Below, piece by piece: positions 23,892 through 35,000 of a DNA stretch of 41,831 nt (its first letter is position 1; every line of letters starts with the position of its first letter). A program made the translations under genes and the position numbers. Under the pieces are notes generated by a model. The model worked only from the letters and a program-made list of their open reading frames with translations, made no database searches and had not been told where the DNA came from. Origin of the DNA: Planctomycetota bacterium. Its GTDB lineage: Bacteria > Planctomycetota > Phycisphaerae > UBA1845. Location: contig JAUXGE010000001.1 in NCBI GenBank assembly GCA_030622435.1, positions 1-41,831 of the forward strand, in the 5' to 3' direction.

Positions 23892-26800
23892 CTACTCCAT
23901 CTCCCAGTTCGGGATGCGGCCTGGGGTCCAGGGGGCGCCGGCGGCTTCGAGTCGTGCTTCGAGCCCGGTGAGGTCCTTTTGGACGAGCTTTCGCAGCCCG
24001 GACAGCACCTCGGTGAACTCGGTGCCCGCGGATCGGTAGGCGTCGCGTTGGGTTTGTGTCGGGGGCGAGGTCACGGACCATTGCATGGCCGAACGGACCC
24101 AGGTCCTGATGGCGGGCGGCGCGGCGTCCTGGCGTTTGCCGATGGTGCGGTCGCCGCTGAGTTTCGTACGCAGTGTGTTGAGCTGCTGCTGTAGTCCGTG
24201 GATCTCCACGAGCATGGCGGGGTCCGCCGCCGGAGTGTCGAGCACTGCCTTGCGAATGTGGTCGATGCGCGTCTGCGCCTCGTTCACCACTCTCATGGCA
24301 CCCCATGCCGCACGCTGCAAACGTGCGACCTTCATACGGAAGGCCATAACCTCGTCACGGTCCTCGGCCGCAAACGTCGCCAGTTCGAGAGGAACAACCT
24401 CGAACGATTCCGGGCCGACTAGTTCGGTGACCTCACCATCGACCTCCTTGACAAACGTGACGGTGTACGTGCCCGGAAGAGCCAGCGGGCCAGCCGGCGG
24501 CTGCCACCAGGGCATGCGATCGGACTCCTTCCTGAGTGACGTCGGCGTGGAGGCCGGGTACCGCAGGTTCCACGACGTCCGGTGAATCCCCTTGTTGCGT
24601 GAACCGGTGATGCGGCGCACAACTTCGCCCGCATCGTCCTTGACGATCAGGAAAACGGAAGGTGCCTTCTCCTGGTCTTCCGCCCGGAGTTCCTCGATGG
24701 TGGCGTAATTGATCGGTTTGCCCGCCTTGTCGGCTTTCTTCTCGGCCTCCTGGCGGCGCTCTTTCCGAGTCGTGATCTTCTCTTTCAGGTAGTAAGTGAA
24801 CACGGCGCCGAAAGGCGGGTTCGGGGCGACGTAGAACGACGCACCCTGAGAGCCTTTACCAGAGGAGCTGCGCAGGCGGCTGGTCTCGATATAGCGCAGT
24901 GCCGTCTTGATCGGAAACATCGCCACGTCACGCCCGAGGAGCTCTTCGTCCGCGACGCGGAGCGGCGTGTAGTCGTCGAGAATGTAGAACCCGCGCCCGA
25001 ACGTTCCCAGAACCAGGTCGTTCTCGCGTTTCTGAATGGCCAGGTCGCGCACGGCTATCGTGGGCACGCCGCTCAGTTTGAGCCAGTGCTTGCCGCCGTC
25101 CAGGGTGAAGTATGCGCCGAACTCGGTGCCCACGAACAGCAGATCCGGTTTCAGGTGATCCTCGACGAGTGCATAGACGACGTCGCGCTTGGGAAGATCG
25201 CCTGCGATGGAAACCCACGTGTCCCCGCGATCCGTGCTCTTTAGGACGTACGGCTTGAAGTCACCGCTCTTGTGGTTGTCGAACGTCGCGTACACGGTAT
25301 CGGGATCATGTTGCGACGCCTCGAGCCGGCTGACGTACGTCATGTCCGGAACACCGGGGAACAAGGCTATGCGGCGCCACGTCTCGCCGCCGTCACCCGT
25401 AACGTGGATCAGACCATCGTCCGTCCCGACGTAGACGAGCCCTTCCACGAGTGACGACTCGGTCAGCGCAACGGCGTTCCCGAAGACCGACGTGTGCAGG
25501 CTTTTGGACACGGCGTCAGGACTTTGGATCTTACCCATGACCTCCAGGGAATTGCGGTCCAGTCCGCGCGACAGCTCGCCGCTGACGACGGTCCAACTGT
25601 TTCCGCGGTCATCGGACCGGAAGAGCTTGTTGGCCGCTACGTACAGGCGCGTGTGGCTGTGTGGGCTGATGATCAGTGGGGTGTCCCAGTTCCACCGGTA
25701 CATTTCCCCGGGGGCTTCGCGCGGTTTGATATCGACGGTTTCGCCGCTGCGGCGGTCATGCCTGACGAGGCCGCCGTACTGCCATAGACTGTAGACGATG
25801 TTGGGATCTTCCGGGTCGATGCGGGACTGATAGCCGTCACCGCCGACCGTGATGAACCAGTCTTCGTTGGCGATGCCGCCCGGGCTGATCGTTCTCGAGG
25901 GTCCGCCTTGCGTGCTGTTGTCCTGGGTACCACCGTAGACGTAGTAGAAGGGCTCGGAGTTGTCGACGGCAACGCGGTAGAACTGCGTCACGGGCAGGTT
26001 GGGGATATAGCGCCAGTTCGACCCGCGGTCGTGGCTCTCGTAAATGCCACCATCAGATCCGACCAGCAGGTGGTCGTTGTTCTCGGGGTTGATCCACAGC
26101 GCGTGGTCGTCCACGTGGCGGAAACGGCGCGGTGCGCGTTTGAACGTCTTACCGCCGTCCTCGGTCACATGCATGATCGTGTCGAGCGCATACACCCGGT
26201 CCGCTTTGATCGGATCGCAGACAATCTCGTTGTAGTACTGCGGGCTGGTCGTCTCGTATTTGCTTCGCTTCTCCCACGTCTCCCCTCGGTTAGTGGATCG
26301 GTAGAAGCCACTCTTGCCGTCGGCGGCCTCGACGATCGCGTAGACGACATCGGGATCGGCAGGGGCAACACACATGCCAATCCGTCCCATGTCCACCTTA
26401 GGTAGACCTCGCGTGAGTTTCCGCCAGGTTGCCCCGGCGTCGTCGGATTTGTAGACCGCCGACTCGGGACCGCCGTTTACCAGCGTCCAGACATGCCGGC
26501 GCCGTTGATACACCGAGGCGTAGAGCACGTCAGGGTCGCGCGGGTCCATGTGCACCTCGTTGACGCCGGTGTCGTCGCTGACGTGCAGGATACGCTCCCA
26601 CGTCTTGCCTCCGTCGGTGGTTTGGTACAGGCCGCGGTCACCGCCGGATCGCCAGAGCGGTCCCTGGGCAGCGGCGTATACGGTGTCCGAGTCTCGCGGA
26701 TCGACGAGTATCATGCCGATGTGCTCGGACTCCTTTAGACCCATGTGGTCCCAGTTCTTACCGCCGTCGCGCGTGCGGTAGACGCCGTCACCGAAGCCGA

Positions 26801-27182
26801 CGCTGCGCTGGCTGTTGTTCTCGCCCGTTCCCACCCAGACGACGTTCGGGTTGTTTGGGTCCATCGTGACACAGCCGATGGAGTACGAACCCTGCTTGTC
26901 GAACACGGGGGTCCAGGTGGTACCGGCGTTGGTCGTCTTCCACACGCCACCGGAACAGACGGCCGCAAAGTAGTGGCTCGGGTTGTCCGGATGTACGGCG
27001 AAGTCGCCGATACGCCCCGACATCAGGGCCGGACCGATCGAGCGTAACTTCAAGCCTGCGAACGTCCCGGCTGACATGAGCTTGTCTTTGGCCGGATCCG
27101 GATCGGAAGCCGGTGTCGCGGTAGCCGCCACCTGCGAGATCAGCACCAGGATCACCGTTACCAGGGTTGATGAGTGTCTCAT
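23892..27182 (-). CDS. sortilin/VPS10-like BNR (Asp-box) repeat protein, secreted
   Basis: It has more than 10 Asp-box-like motifs (TNAGTTW, RDGGKNW, TDGGKTW, DDAGATW, TNRGETW, DDRGNSW, GDGGETW, TDRGDTW, LDGGKHW). The signal peptide MRHSSTLVTVILVLISQVAATA starts from the ATG at 27182, with AAGGGAAAG upstream. The ORF-track start at 27278 is probably too long. Confidence 0.9.
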   Translation of the reverse strand: MRHSSTLVTVILVLISQVAATATPASDPDPAKDKLMSAGTFAGLKLRSIGPALMSGRIGDFAVHPDNPSHYFAAVCSGGVWKTTNAGTTWTPVFDKQGSYSIGCVTMDPNNPNVVWVGTGENNSQRSVGFGDGVYRTRDGGKNWDHMGLKESEHIGMILVDPRDSDTVYAAAQGPLWRSGGDRGLYQTTDGGKTWERILHVSDDTGVNEVHMDPRDPDVLYASVYQRRRHVWTLVNGGPESAVYKSDDAGATWRKLTRGLPKVDMGRIGMCVAPADPDVVYAIVEAADGKSGFYRSTNRGETWEKRSKYETTSPQYYNEIVCDPIKADRVYALDTIMHVTEDGGKTFKRAPRRFRHVDDHALWINPENNDHLLVGSDGGIYESHDRGSNWRYIPNLPVTQFYRVAVDNSEPFYYVYGGTQDNSTQGGPSRTISPGGIANEDWFITVGGDGYQSRIDPEDPNIVYSLWQYGGLVRHDRRSGETVDIKPREAPGEMYRWNWDTPLIISPHSHTRLYVAANKLFRSDDRGNSWTVVSGELSRGLDRNSLEVMGKIQSPDAVSKSLHTSVFGNAVALTESSLVEGLVYVGTDDGLIHVTGDGGETWRRIALFPGVPDMTYVSRLEASQHDPDTVYATFDNHKSGDFKPYVLKSTDRGDTWVSIAGDLPKRDVVYALVEDHLKPDLLFVGTEFGAYFTLDGGKHWLKLSGVPTIAVRDLAIQKRENDLVLGTFGRGFYILDDYTPLRVADEELLGRDVAMFPIKTALRYIETSRLRSSSGKGSQGASFYVAPNPPFGAVFTYYLKEKITTRKERRQEAEKKADKAGKPINYATIEELRAEDQEKAPSVFLIVKDDAGEVVRRITGSRNKGIHRTSWNLRYPASTPTSLRKESDRMPWWQPPAGPLALPGTYTVTFVKEVDGEVTELVGPESFEVVPLELATFAAEDRDEVMAFRMKVARLQRAAWGAMRVVNEAQTRIDHIRKAVLDTPAADPAMLVEIHGLQQQLNTLRTKLSGDRTIGKRQDAAPPAIRTWVRSAMQWSVTSPPTQTQRDAYRSAGTEFTEVLSGLRKLVQKDLTGLEARLEAAGAPWTPGRIPNWEME

Positions 27183-28081
27183 GGTCTTTCCCTTGTTCAT
27201 TACTTTGTCACTCGCATCTTGTGGGAAACCGCAGGCGCGCATTCGTACGCGCGCAGGCCGAAACCCGCAGCTCACCATGCAAAAGTGGAAGAACCTTCAG
27301 TGATAATATCGGACGCTGGTGGCGGGACTTGAGGTGCCATGGATGGCGCGCTTTCTGATTAAGTGAGATAGGCGAGGCAAGGATAGACTGAACCGCCGCG
27401 CGTGCGGCAATGGGCTTCGGCTTAACCGTGCATCCCCGTCCATTGGGTGAGTCCGCGTTCGTTCTTCTGCCTTTCACCCTCCGTCTCCTTCAATCCCACG
27501 GGCAAACTATGTGGACCGCAAGATGTCGTCAACCCTGAGATAACCAGGAGCTTTTCGAACCTAACGTCTGATATTCACCTGCTGAGAAGCAGAAACTGAG
27601 TGTCAGCCACTCATCCCCGTTTGCCGGAGCGTCTGTGAACCACTCGGGCTCAGTCCAGCGTGCCAGGGCTTTGGGCGCCCGTGGGCAGGCGCATCCATAT
27701 TCTCGGACTTGTACGATCTGATGCCGTCAACGGCGACTCGGGGTCTCCCGGTTATGTCTTGATCCGGCGAGGAGAAACTAAGATACTGGTCTTTATAGTG
27801 TTTGCGATGTTGTTTTCGGCCGAGGGGGATGGCGCGCCGGTTTTGACGCGTCTGGTGAAGCTCACGCCACACCGGAAGGTTCCGGTGCCTTTCCCATAGT
27901 GGAGCTGCGAAGAGACTAATGGCCTCCATATAGCGGAGAGGCCGCAGCCACACAGTGTCTTGGCACGCTGGTCTCGCGTCTGGGACAGGTGTGCCACTCC
28001 ATGGATCGGTCGTCCGGGCGTCGCGACATTGACGTGTGTGCAGCAGCCTCAATCAGGCAATACCGGAGAGGAGTGAATAGC

Positions 28082-31000
28082 ATGTTAAGTGTCAGAGAAT
28101 GGCGTATCAGGGCGTGCGTGGGTTGTCTCACGCTGCCGGCGATTCTGCTGTCCGTGTGTGGGCAGGTTCTGGCCGATCCCGTGGATGCCACGTGGACAGG
28201 CGGGGCCGGGACGAGCAACTACTCGGACGACGCGAACTGGGATACGGGCGTCGTGCCGCTCAATGACATCGACACGTACAACGTGTTCATCCTCGGCAGC
28301 GCCACTGTGCTGTTCGACGTCGATGATCCCGGCACCGTGACGGACTTCAGCCTGAGTACCGACAGCACCTTCACGGTGAATCCGGGGCACAGCCTGACTG
28401 TTCTGGACGATGCCACGATCGGGGGGCTGCTCTCGGCGAATGGCACGGGGACCGCCTTCTCGGCGACGGCTGCCGGTGCCGCGTTCTCAGGCAACAAGGC
28501 GCGTCTGTCGGCCTCGGGGGGTGCGGCCATCTCGCTCGGGGCGACGAGCTACTCGACCACCGGCTGGAGCAGCTACGGCGGCAACTACCTGGTGTTGTCC
28601 GTGGACGGTCTGGGATCGGCGCTGAATCTGTCCTCGTTGCAGAGCCTCAATGCCGGGTTCAACGACGGTCGGAACTACACGTTCACGAAGCAGCGCATCA
28701 TGGCGACCAACAGCGGCGTGATCGATCTCTCCGGACTGCAGGAATTGATCGGGCCTTATCAGCGCGATGACCGGCTCGACCTCATCGTCAACACGAGCGG
28801 CACGATCGACTTGTCGGCCTTGCAGTCCATCTACTCCGCCAACTCCGGGAACGTGCGTTTCGATCTCGACGTTCCCACGTTCACGCTGTTGTCGCTGGAC
28901 TCGGCATCGCACGTAATCTTCGAGCTGTTTACGGGTTCCACTTGGGATTTCCCGAACCTGACGAGCCTCGGCAGCGCGACGATCACGATGGACCCCGGTT
29001 CAACGTTGAACATGCCGCTGCTGCTCGAGGCAGACGGCGGCACATACACACTCCCGAACGTCGTTCGCCGTGCGTCCGGCACACCGACTACGATCAACGC
29101 AGAGAGTCTGGTTGCCATCGACAGCGTCACCTTCAACCTGGATGACGGTGGTGTTTTCAACGCTCCAACCGTAACGAACTTCACGAACTCCTCTCTGTCC
29201 CTGACACCCGCGCGGACATTCACCACGGACGTCCTGGACAACATTGACAACTCCCGAATCCAAATGGCTGCCGGGGCCGAGTTCGGAACGTTCTATGGGG
29301 ATCTGGCGGCCACGACCTACTCTTCTACAGGGCTGAACGCTTACAACAGCAACTATTTGCTGTTCTCAGTAACCGGCGCAGGAACGACCCTTGACCTGTC
29401 GTCACTCCAGAGCTTCGATGCCGGATTCAACGACGGGCGCGATTACAATTTCACGCTCCAGCGGATCGAAGCGACGGCGGGAGGCCTGGTCGACCTGTCC
29501 GGGCTGCAGACGCTGAACGGGCCGCACCAACGCGACGACCAGCTCGACATTATCATCAACAGCGGCGGAAGCGTGGACCTTTCCTCACTGGCCTCGATCA
29601 CCTCGGCGCTGAACGGCACGGTCCGGTTCGACGTGAACGAGTTGAGCTTCAGTCTTCCGGCTCTGGAGTCCGCCACGAACGCGCGGTTCGACATGGTGGC
29701 CGGTTCCACCCTCGACCTGACCGCGCTGACCAACCTGACGGGCGCGACCTTCAACATGGGCGTGGGGACTACGCTGAATCTTCCCGCCCTGACGACGCAG
29801 AGTGGCGGAAGCATTACGGTACCGGAGAGCGGCCTCATCAATGCGGTCAACCTTGTGGAACTCAACGCGGTCACGCTCGACATGGGCGACGGCGGGGAGC
29901 TGAACACTCCGAGCCTGACGGTGTTCACGAGTGGTTCCGTTACGCTGACGCCGGATCGCGTGCTCACTAGCGGCGGGCTCGAGAACGTCGATCATTCGAG
30001 ACTTCACGCCCGTGCGGGTGCGGCCTTCGGGTCAACCTACGGCGACGTGACCGCGACCACGTACTCCTCCACGGCGTTGAATTCTTACGACAGCGACTAT
30101 CTGGTGTTCTCGGCTAGTGGAGCAGGGTCGGTGCTGGATTTGTCATCCTTGCAGAGCATCAACGCAGGGTTCAACGACGGACGTGACTACCGCTTCACGC
30201 GCCAGCGGATCGAAGCGACGGCGGACGGTCTCGTCGATCTCTCGGGTGTCCAGTCCATCAACGGTCCGCATCAGCGCGACGACCGGCTCGATATCATCGT
30301 GAACAGCGGTGGGGTTGTTGATCTGTCGTCCCTCATGACCATCACGACGGCGTATGCCGGTATCACGCGATTCGACGTGGACGCTTCGTCCTTCACGCTG
30401 GCCTCACTCGAGTCGGCGACGAATGCGAGGTTCGACATGGTGGCCGGCTCCGTCTTGAACCTGCCGGCGTTGACGACCCTGTCCGGCGCGACGTTCAACC
30501 TCGAGACGGGCTGCACCCTCAATGTTCCCACGCTGACGAACCAGAGCGGCGGGACGATCACGGTCCCGGAGGCGGGTGCCGTCCACGCCGAGAATCTCGT
30601 GGCACTGAGCGGCGTGACGGTCAACATCGGCACCGGCGGTCTGTTCGACGCGCCGGTCCTGACCGATTTCACGAGCAGTGTCGTGAGCCTGACCCCGGAC
30701 GTGACGTTCGGCGCCGGAGAGCTGGAGACAATCGATCACTCGCGGATCGCCGTCAGCGGCGGGGCGGAGTTTGGAACCTCGTGGGGCGACGTCTCTGCAG
30801 AAACGTACGTGTCCACCGCCCTGAACAGCCCGACGAGCAACTACCGGTTGTTCGCGGCGACCGGAGTCGGATCGGTGCTGGATCTGTCGTCCCTCCAGAG
30901 CATCAATGCGGGCTTCAACGACGGGCGCAACTACAACCTCACACGCCAACGCATCGAGGCCACAACCGGCGGTGTCGTGGACCTGTCCGGCGTCGAGTCC

Positions 31001-31909
31001 ATAACAGGGCCCTATCAGCCCGACGACTACCTCGACATCAACATAAACAGCGGCGGGCTGGTCGATCTGTCCGGGCTCCAGGTCGTTACGTCGGCGAACA
31101 CCGGCCGGACCAGTTTCAACGTGCAGTCGGAAGGTACCCTTTTGCTCGGTGACCTGACCGTAACGAACAAGGTATCGATCAGTCTGGCTGATGCGACGAC
31201 GCTGGTGGATGTGAGCGGGAGCCTGCTGTTGGACTCCGGTTCCTCCTTTACGGCCGGTAGCGCCGCGGAAGTATCGATCGGCGGAAACTTCTCCTTTCAA
31301 TACACCAGTGAGAGCGATCTGAGCGCGCAATCCGCCGTCATGCACTTCGACGGCAGCGGCGTTCAGTATCTCGAGGTCGGCGGCGAGGACATCGGGTTCC
31401 CGCTGGATGACAACGCGCTGAACTTCGGCTTCGGGCAGATGATCGTCGGGCAGGACATGGAACCGACGACCGTCGAGTTGTTGGACGTGATCGACAACGG
31501 GAATCGAACGGACGGCGATCCCGAAGCCCTGTATCTCTACGGGCTTGGCGGTCCCAACGGATTGCACATACTCGGCGGCTCCACTCTCGTGATCCACAAC
31601 CTCCAGGTCTACACTCGCGAGAACGGTCTGTGGGTTCACATCAATCGCCTCTTCACTCCGGGCGTCAACCGCATCGACTACGACGAGGGCTACATCGCCA
31701 TCGAGTACAGGCCAGGAGATCTCAACCTGGACGGGGACGTGGACCTCGGGGACTTCTCCTCGTTCATGATTTGCATCGCAGGCCCCAACGTCACTGTCCC
31801 ACCCGTCGGTTGTGACGCGGAAGACTTCGAAAACTGCGATCTCGACAAGGATGGTGACGCCGATATGACGGACCTCAGGACATTCCAGGAGAGTTTCACT
31901 GGTGAGTAG
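28082..31909 (+). CDS. large secreted repeat protein (about 1275 aa from this start) with a C-terminal dockerin-type double EF-hand
   Basis: A GGAGAGGAG SD lies at 28066-28074. The signal peptide is MLSVREWRIRACVGCLTLPAILLSVCGQVLA. It has four ~250-aa repeats. The C-terminus is GDLNLDGDVDLGDFSSFMICIAG...CDLDKDGDADMTDLRTFQESFTGE. Confidence 0.9.
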   Translation: MLSVREWRIRACVGCLTLPAILLSVCGQVLADPVDATWTGGAGTSNYSDDANWDTGVVPLNDIDTYNVFILGSATVLFDVDDPGTVTDFSLSTDSTFTVNPGHSLTVLDDATIGGLLSANGTGTAFSATAAGAAFSGNKARLSASGGAAISLGATSYSTTGWSSYGGNYLVLSVDGLGSALNLSSLQSLNAGFNDGRNYTFTKQRIMATNSGVIDLSGLQELIGPYQRDDRLDLIVNTSGTIDLSALQSIYSANSGNVRFDLDVPTFTLLSLDSASHVIFELFTGSTWDFPNLTSLGSATITMDPGSTLNMPLLLEADGGTYTLPNVVRRASGTPTTINAESLVAIDSVTFNLDDGGVFNAPTVTNFTNSSLSLTPARTFTTDVLDNIDNSRIQMAAGAEFGTFYGDLAATTYSSTGLNAYNSNYLLFSVTGAGTTLDLSSLQSFDAGFNDGRDYNFTLQRIEATAGGLVDLSGLQTLNGPHQRDDQLDIIINSGGSVDLSSLASITSALNGTVRFDVNELSFSLPALESATNARFDMVAGSTLDLTALTNLTGATFNMGVGTTLNLPALTTQSGGSITVPESGLINAVNLVELNAVTLDMGDGGELNTPSLTVFTSGSVTLTPDRVLTSGGLENVDHSRLHARAGAAFGSTYGDVTATTYSSTALNSYDSDYLVFSASGAGSVLDLSSLQSINAGFNDGRDYRFTRQRIEATADGLVDLSGVQSINGPHQRDDRLDIIVNSGGVVDLSSLMTITTAYAGITRFDVDASSFTLASLESATNARFDMVAGSVLNLPALTTLSGATFNLETGCTLNVPTLTNQSGGTITVPEAGAVHAENLVALSGVTVNIGTGGLFDAPVLTDFTSSVVSLTPDVTFGAGELETIDHSRIAVSGGAEFGTSWGDVSAETYVSTALNSPTSNYRLFAATGVGSVLDLSSLQSINAGFNDGRNYNLTRQRIEATTGGVVDLSGVESITGPYQPDDYLDININSGGLVDLSGLQVVTSANTGRTSFNVQSEGTLLLGDLTVTNKVSISLADATTLVDVSGSLLLDSGSSFTAGSAAEVSIGGNFSFQYTSESDLSAQSAVMHFDGSGVQYLEVGGEDIGFPLDDNALNFGFGQMIVGQDMEPTTVELLDVIDNGNRTDGDPEALYLYGLGGPNGLHILGGSTLVIHNLQVYTRENGLWVHINRLFTPGVNRIDYDEGYIAIEYRPGDLNLDGDVDLGDFSSFMICIAGPNVTVPPVGCDAEDFENCDLDKDGDADMTDLRTFQESFTGE
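28541..31150 (+). repeat. four intragenic ~745-770-nt (~250-aa) repeats
   Basis: Repeat anchors A(T/E)(S/T)Y(S/V)(T/S)T(G/A)...LSSLQS(L/F/I)(N/D)AGFNDGR(N/D)Y lie at 28541, 29309, 30053 and 30797. The last copy is partial. Confidence 0.8.
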
Positions 31910-32012
31910 CCGTCCCGGATCGGGACTGCACGGTATTCGAAGTGCCGAACCCAGACCGAACGCGTGGGCTCACCGAATCGGCGGTCCGCGGGCGTTGGAA
32001 AGGTCGATCGAT

Positions 32013-35000
32013 ATGAGCAGTAAAAATCGCTGGATTGTCGGACCGATGTTCATCGCCGGCGCTGCGTCTCTCATGGTTTGCGCCGCAGTATCTGCGCAGA
32101 CGAGACCTCGTCCCGGAACGGATAAGCCTGCGTACTATCCACTGCAAGGTGTTGTCGCCTCGCGGGCGCTGACGTTCACATCACCGGCAGCTGATCAGGA
32201 TCTGATCGACCGGCTGATTCCATCCGTACCACCGGGTGTGACGATAGATGCGTTCGTCTACGAAGGCGCAGGAGATGCCGTCGCTCTGTATGAACAGCTT
32301 GACTGGGACGACGGAACCACGGCGCTGAGCCTGCCGGACGGGATCTTCCTGTGCACCGGGCAGATTCCCGGGGCAGCCAACACGATTGGCAGCTGGAGCC
32401 ATCAGTGGAACCTGCCGGGTGATTCGGGCCTGACGGCCCTGTTGAACCAGTTCACCTACGATGCTTCGTCACTGTCAATCACCTTCACGACGGGCGAGAC
32501 CCTCGACGGCCTGAGCTTCCAGTTCGACTTCGGCTCCGAAGAGTTCCCGGAGTATCTCGGCGGTTTCTACAACGATGCCTTCGCGGTGTTTCTCGATGGG
32601 ACGAACATAGCCTTCGACACGGACGGCGATCCGATTTCGATCAACAGCACTTTCCTCACATACAACAACACGCCGACCGTCGTGGCCGGCACAACGTCCG
32701 TCAACTTCCCCATCGAGTACGACGGCCTGAGCGTGCGCCTGACAACGCAGACAACTGTAACCCCGGGCCAGCACACACTGAAGTTCGTCATCGCCGACGG
32801 TGGGGATGCGAAGTACGACAGCGGTGTGTTCGTGGCCGATCTGTCGTTCGGGCTGGCTTGCGTCGGTACCGGAGTACCGCCCGAATTGGATCCGATTCCT
32901 ACAAGCGAAACGGTGCACATAGGTTCCACATTCGAGCTACCGGTGTCCGCGAGTCACTCTGACGTGGGCGAGACGGTTGACATTCTCACCAACCCGGCCG
33001 ACCTGCCCGACAACATGAGCTTCGTCGTTACACCCGGCAATCCCGCCACGGGGATGTTGTCTTTCACACCGATTTCACAGCAATCCGACACGTCATACGA
33101 CATCACATTGATAGCAATCAGCGACGCACAGGTGTGCGATATGGCCGTGATTCACCTTGACGTGATCACGCCGCTGTCCCCCCTGGCCGATGCAGGCGGA
33201 CCATATGCGTTCAGCGCTGCGACCGACACCGTGATCATTGACGCGACGCGCAGCTACGATCCCGACGGCGAACTCGGCACGTTCGACGACATCGCCGCCC
33301 TGCAATGGGACTTGGGAGACGACGGCATCGCGGACGACCCCGGGCGTGTCAACTCCACCGAAACGATCAGCCGTGACGATGCTCTGGCGAAAGGATTGGG
33401 CATCGGAACCGACGTCCTGATCGGCCTGACGGTACAGGATGTCGACGGCTACACGGGCTCGGACCTGGATGCAATTCAATACGAGAGCACTGCGCCGACG
33501 GCTGACGCCAGTGGACCCTATGGACCCGTCTATCCCGGCGAGAGCGCGCAGCTCGACGGCCTGGTCGATGACGCAGACCTCGGCCTGACTGTCGGGGAGA
33601 TCCTGACAGTCGAATGGGATTTCACACCCGCTGTTGAGGCAGGCGACATCGGCGATGGATTCGCAAACGCCGCGCAAGTGGAATTGACCTACGAAACACT
33701 CCACCCACTGATGAGCCAGTACGGCGAGACGGTATATCTCAACGTCGTTGACGCCGCGGGACTCGTCGCCAGTGCCCAAACGACGATAACGCTGGCCGTG
33801 ACGGATCTGGAAGTCATCGATATAAACGTGCCACCTGCCGGACCGATCGGATCACCGTTCGACGTAACATGGACGGTCAGAAACGGCAGTGACATGGCCG
33901 CCGTCGCACCGTGGCTCGACCGCGTGTACATCTCGCCGGATGCCGAGTTCGGAAACGGGAACGATACGCTGCTGGGCTCCTACACGCACGCCGACGACCT
34001 CGAGCCGACGCTCACCTACGTCGAGGGGGATCAGTTCACATTGCCTTGGGCGGCCGGCGAGTATTGGATCATCGTCTTCACCGATGCGGACGACGTGATC
34101 TACGAGGGCGCCGACGAAGGGAACAATGTCGGCATCTCGACCGGACCTATTGTCGTGCAGACGCCGGACCTTGTCGTGGAGAATATCGATCCCCCCTCTC
34201 CGGCATACGACGGTGAGCCTGCCCAGGTCGAATGGACCGTGCGGAACGTCGGTGACGCCGACGCCGAGCCGGCATGGATTGACCGGGTCTATCTTTCAGC
34301 GGATGACGCACTGAACGGCGGAGACAACTTGCTCGGCGAGTACGAATGGAGCTTCGGGCTCGGGGCCGGCATGCCCTACACAAGGTCCGAGACGGTCACC
34401 ATACCTGCCGGTCTAAACGGCGAGTTCTACATCATCGTCGTCACCGATGCGACGAACGCGGTCACCGAATCCAACGGCGAGGGCAACAACGTCACGATGA
34501 CGCTCGTGCAGATCGTGCAGCTTCTCCTGCCGGATTTCCAGATTACGGAAGTGACGGGCGAGAGCGCCGACTACATCGGGCAACGGTACAACCTTATCTG
34601 GCGGGTCGAAAACCCGGGGCTCGGTACGGCCAATGGAAGCTGGATCGATCGCGTCTACCTTTCCGACGATGACCAGCTCGACACCGAACCGGAAGGCGAT
34701 GAGGTCGTTGCGCAAGTCGGCATAGTCAACATCGTCGAACCTTCCGGCTTCTATGTCCGCACCGCGAGCTTCAACCTGCCCGATGCGCCCGGAGCGTACT
34801 GGTTGTTTGTCGTAACCGACGCACTGAATACGATCCGGGAGGACGATGATGCCAATAACGTGGAACCCAAGCCGGTGGACGTACTCGCACCGGAGTACGA
34901 AGCCACGGTCGAAGCCGACATCACGACAGGCGTGATGGGGCAGCCGGTGACGCTGTTCGGCAAAGCCACGTCCCTCGATACGGGCCTGGGCGAGCCGGAG

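Noticed and set aside
27603-28052. 149-aa minus ORF and 79-aa plus ORF (27660-27899) in the intergenic region between the sortilin-like gene and the 1275-aa gene
   Set aside because: They overlap each other on opposite strands. They are Arg/Pro/Trp-rich, with no SD and no recognisable motifs. The region is more plausibly a shared promoter region.
30404-31639. 411-aa minus-strand ORF, together with 28487-28912, 29443-29967, 33093-33779, 34413-35138, 36348-37187, 37674-38024, 38658-39548 and 38672-39430
   Set aside because: These are antisense to the two giant plus-strand CDSs, which have clear domain content. Their translations are Arg/Val/Asp-rich mirror images of the repeats. They have no SD sites or signal sequences.
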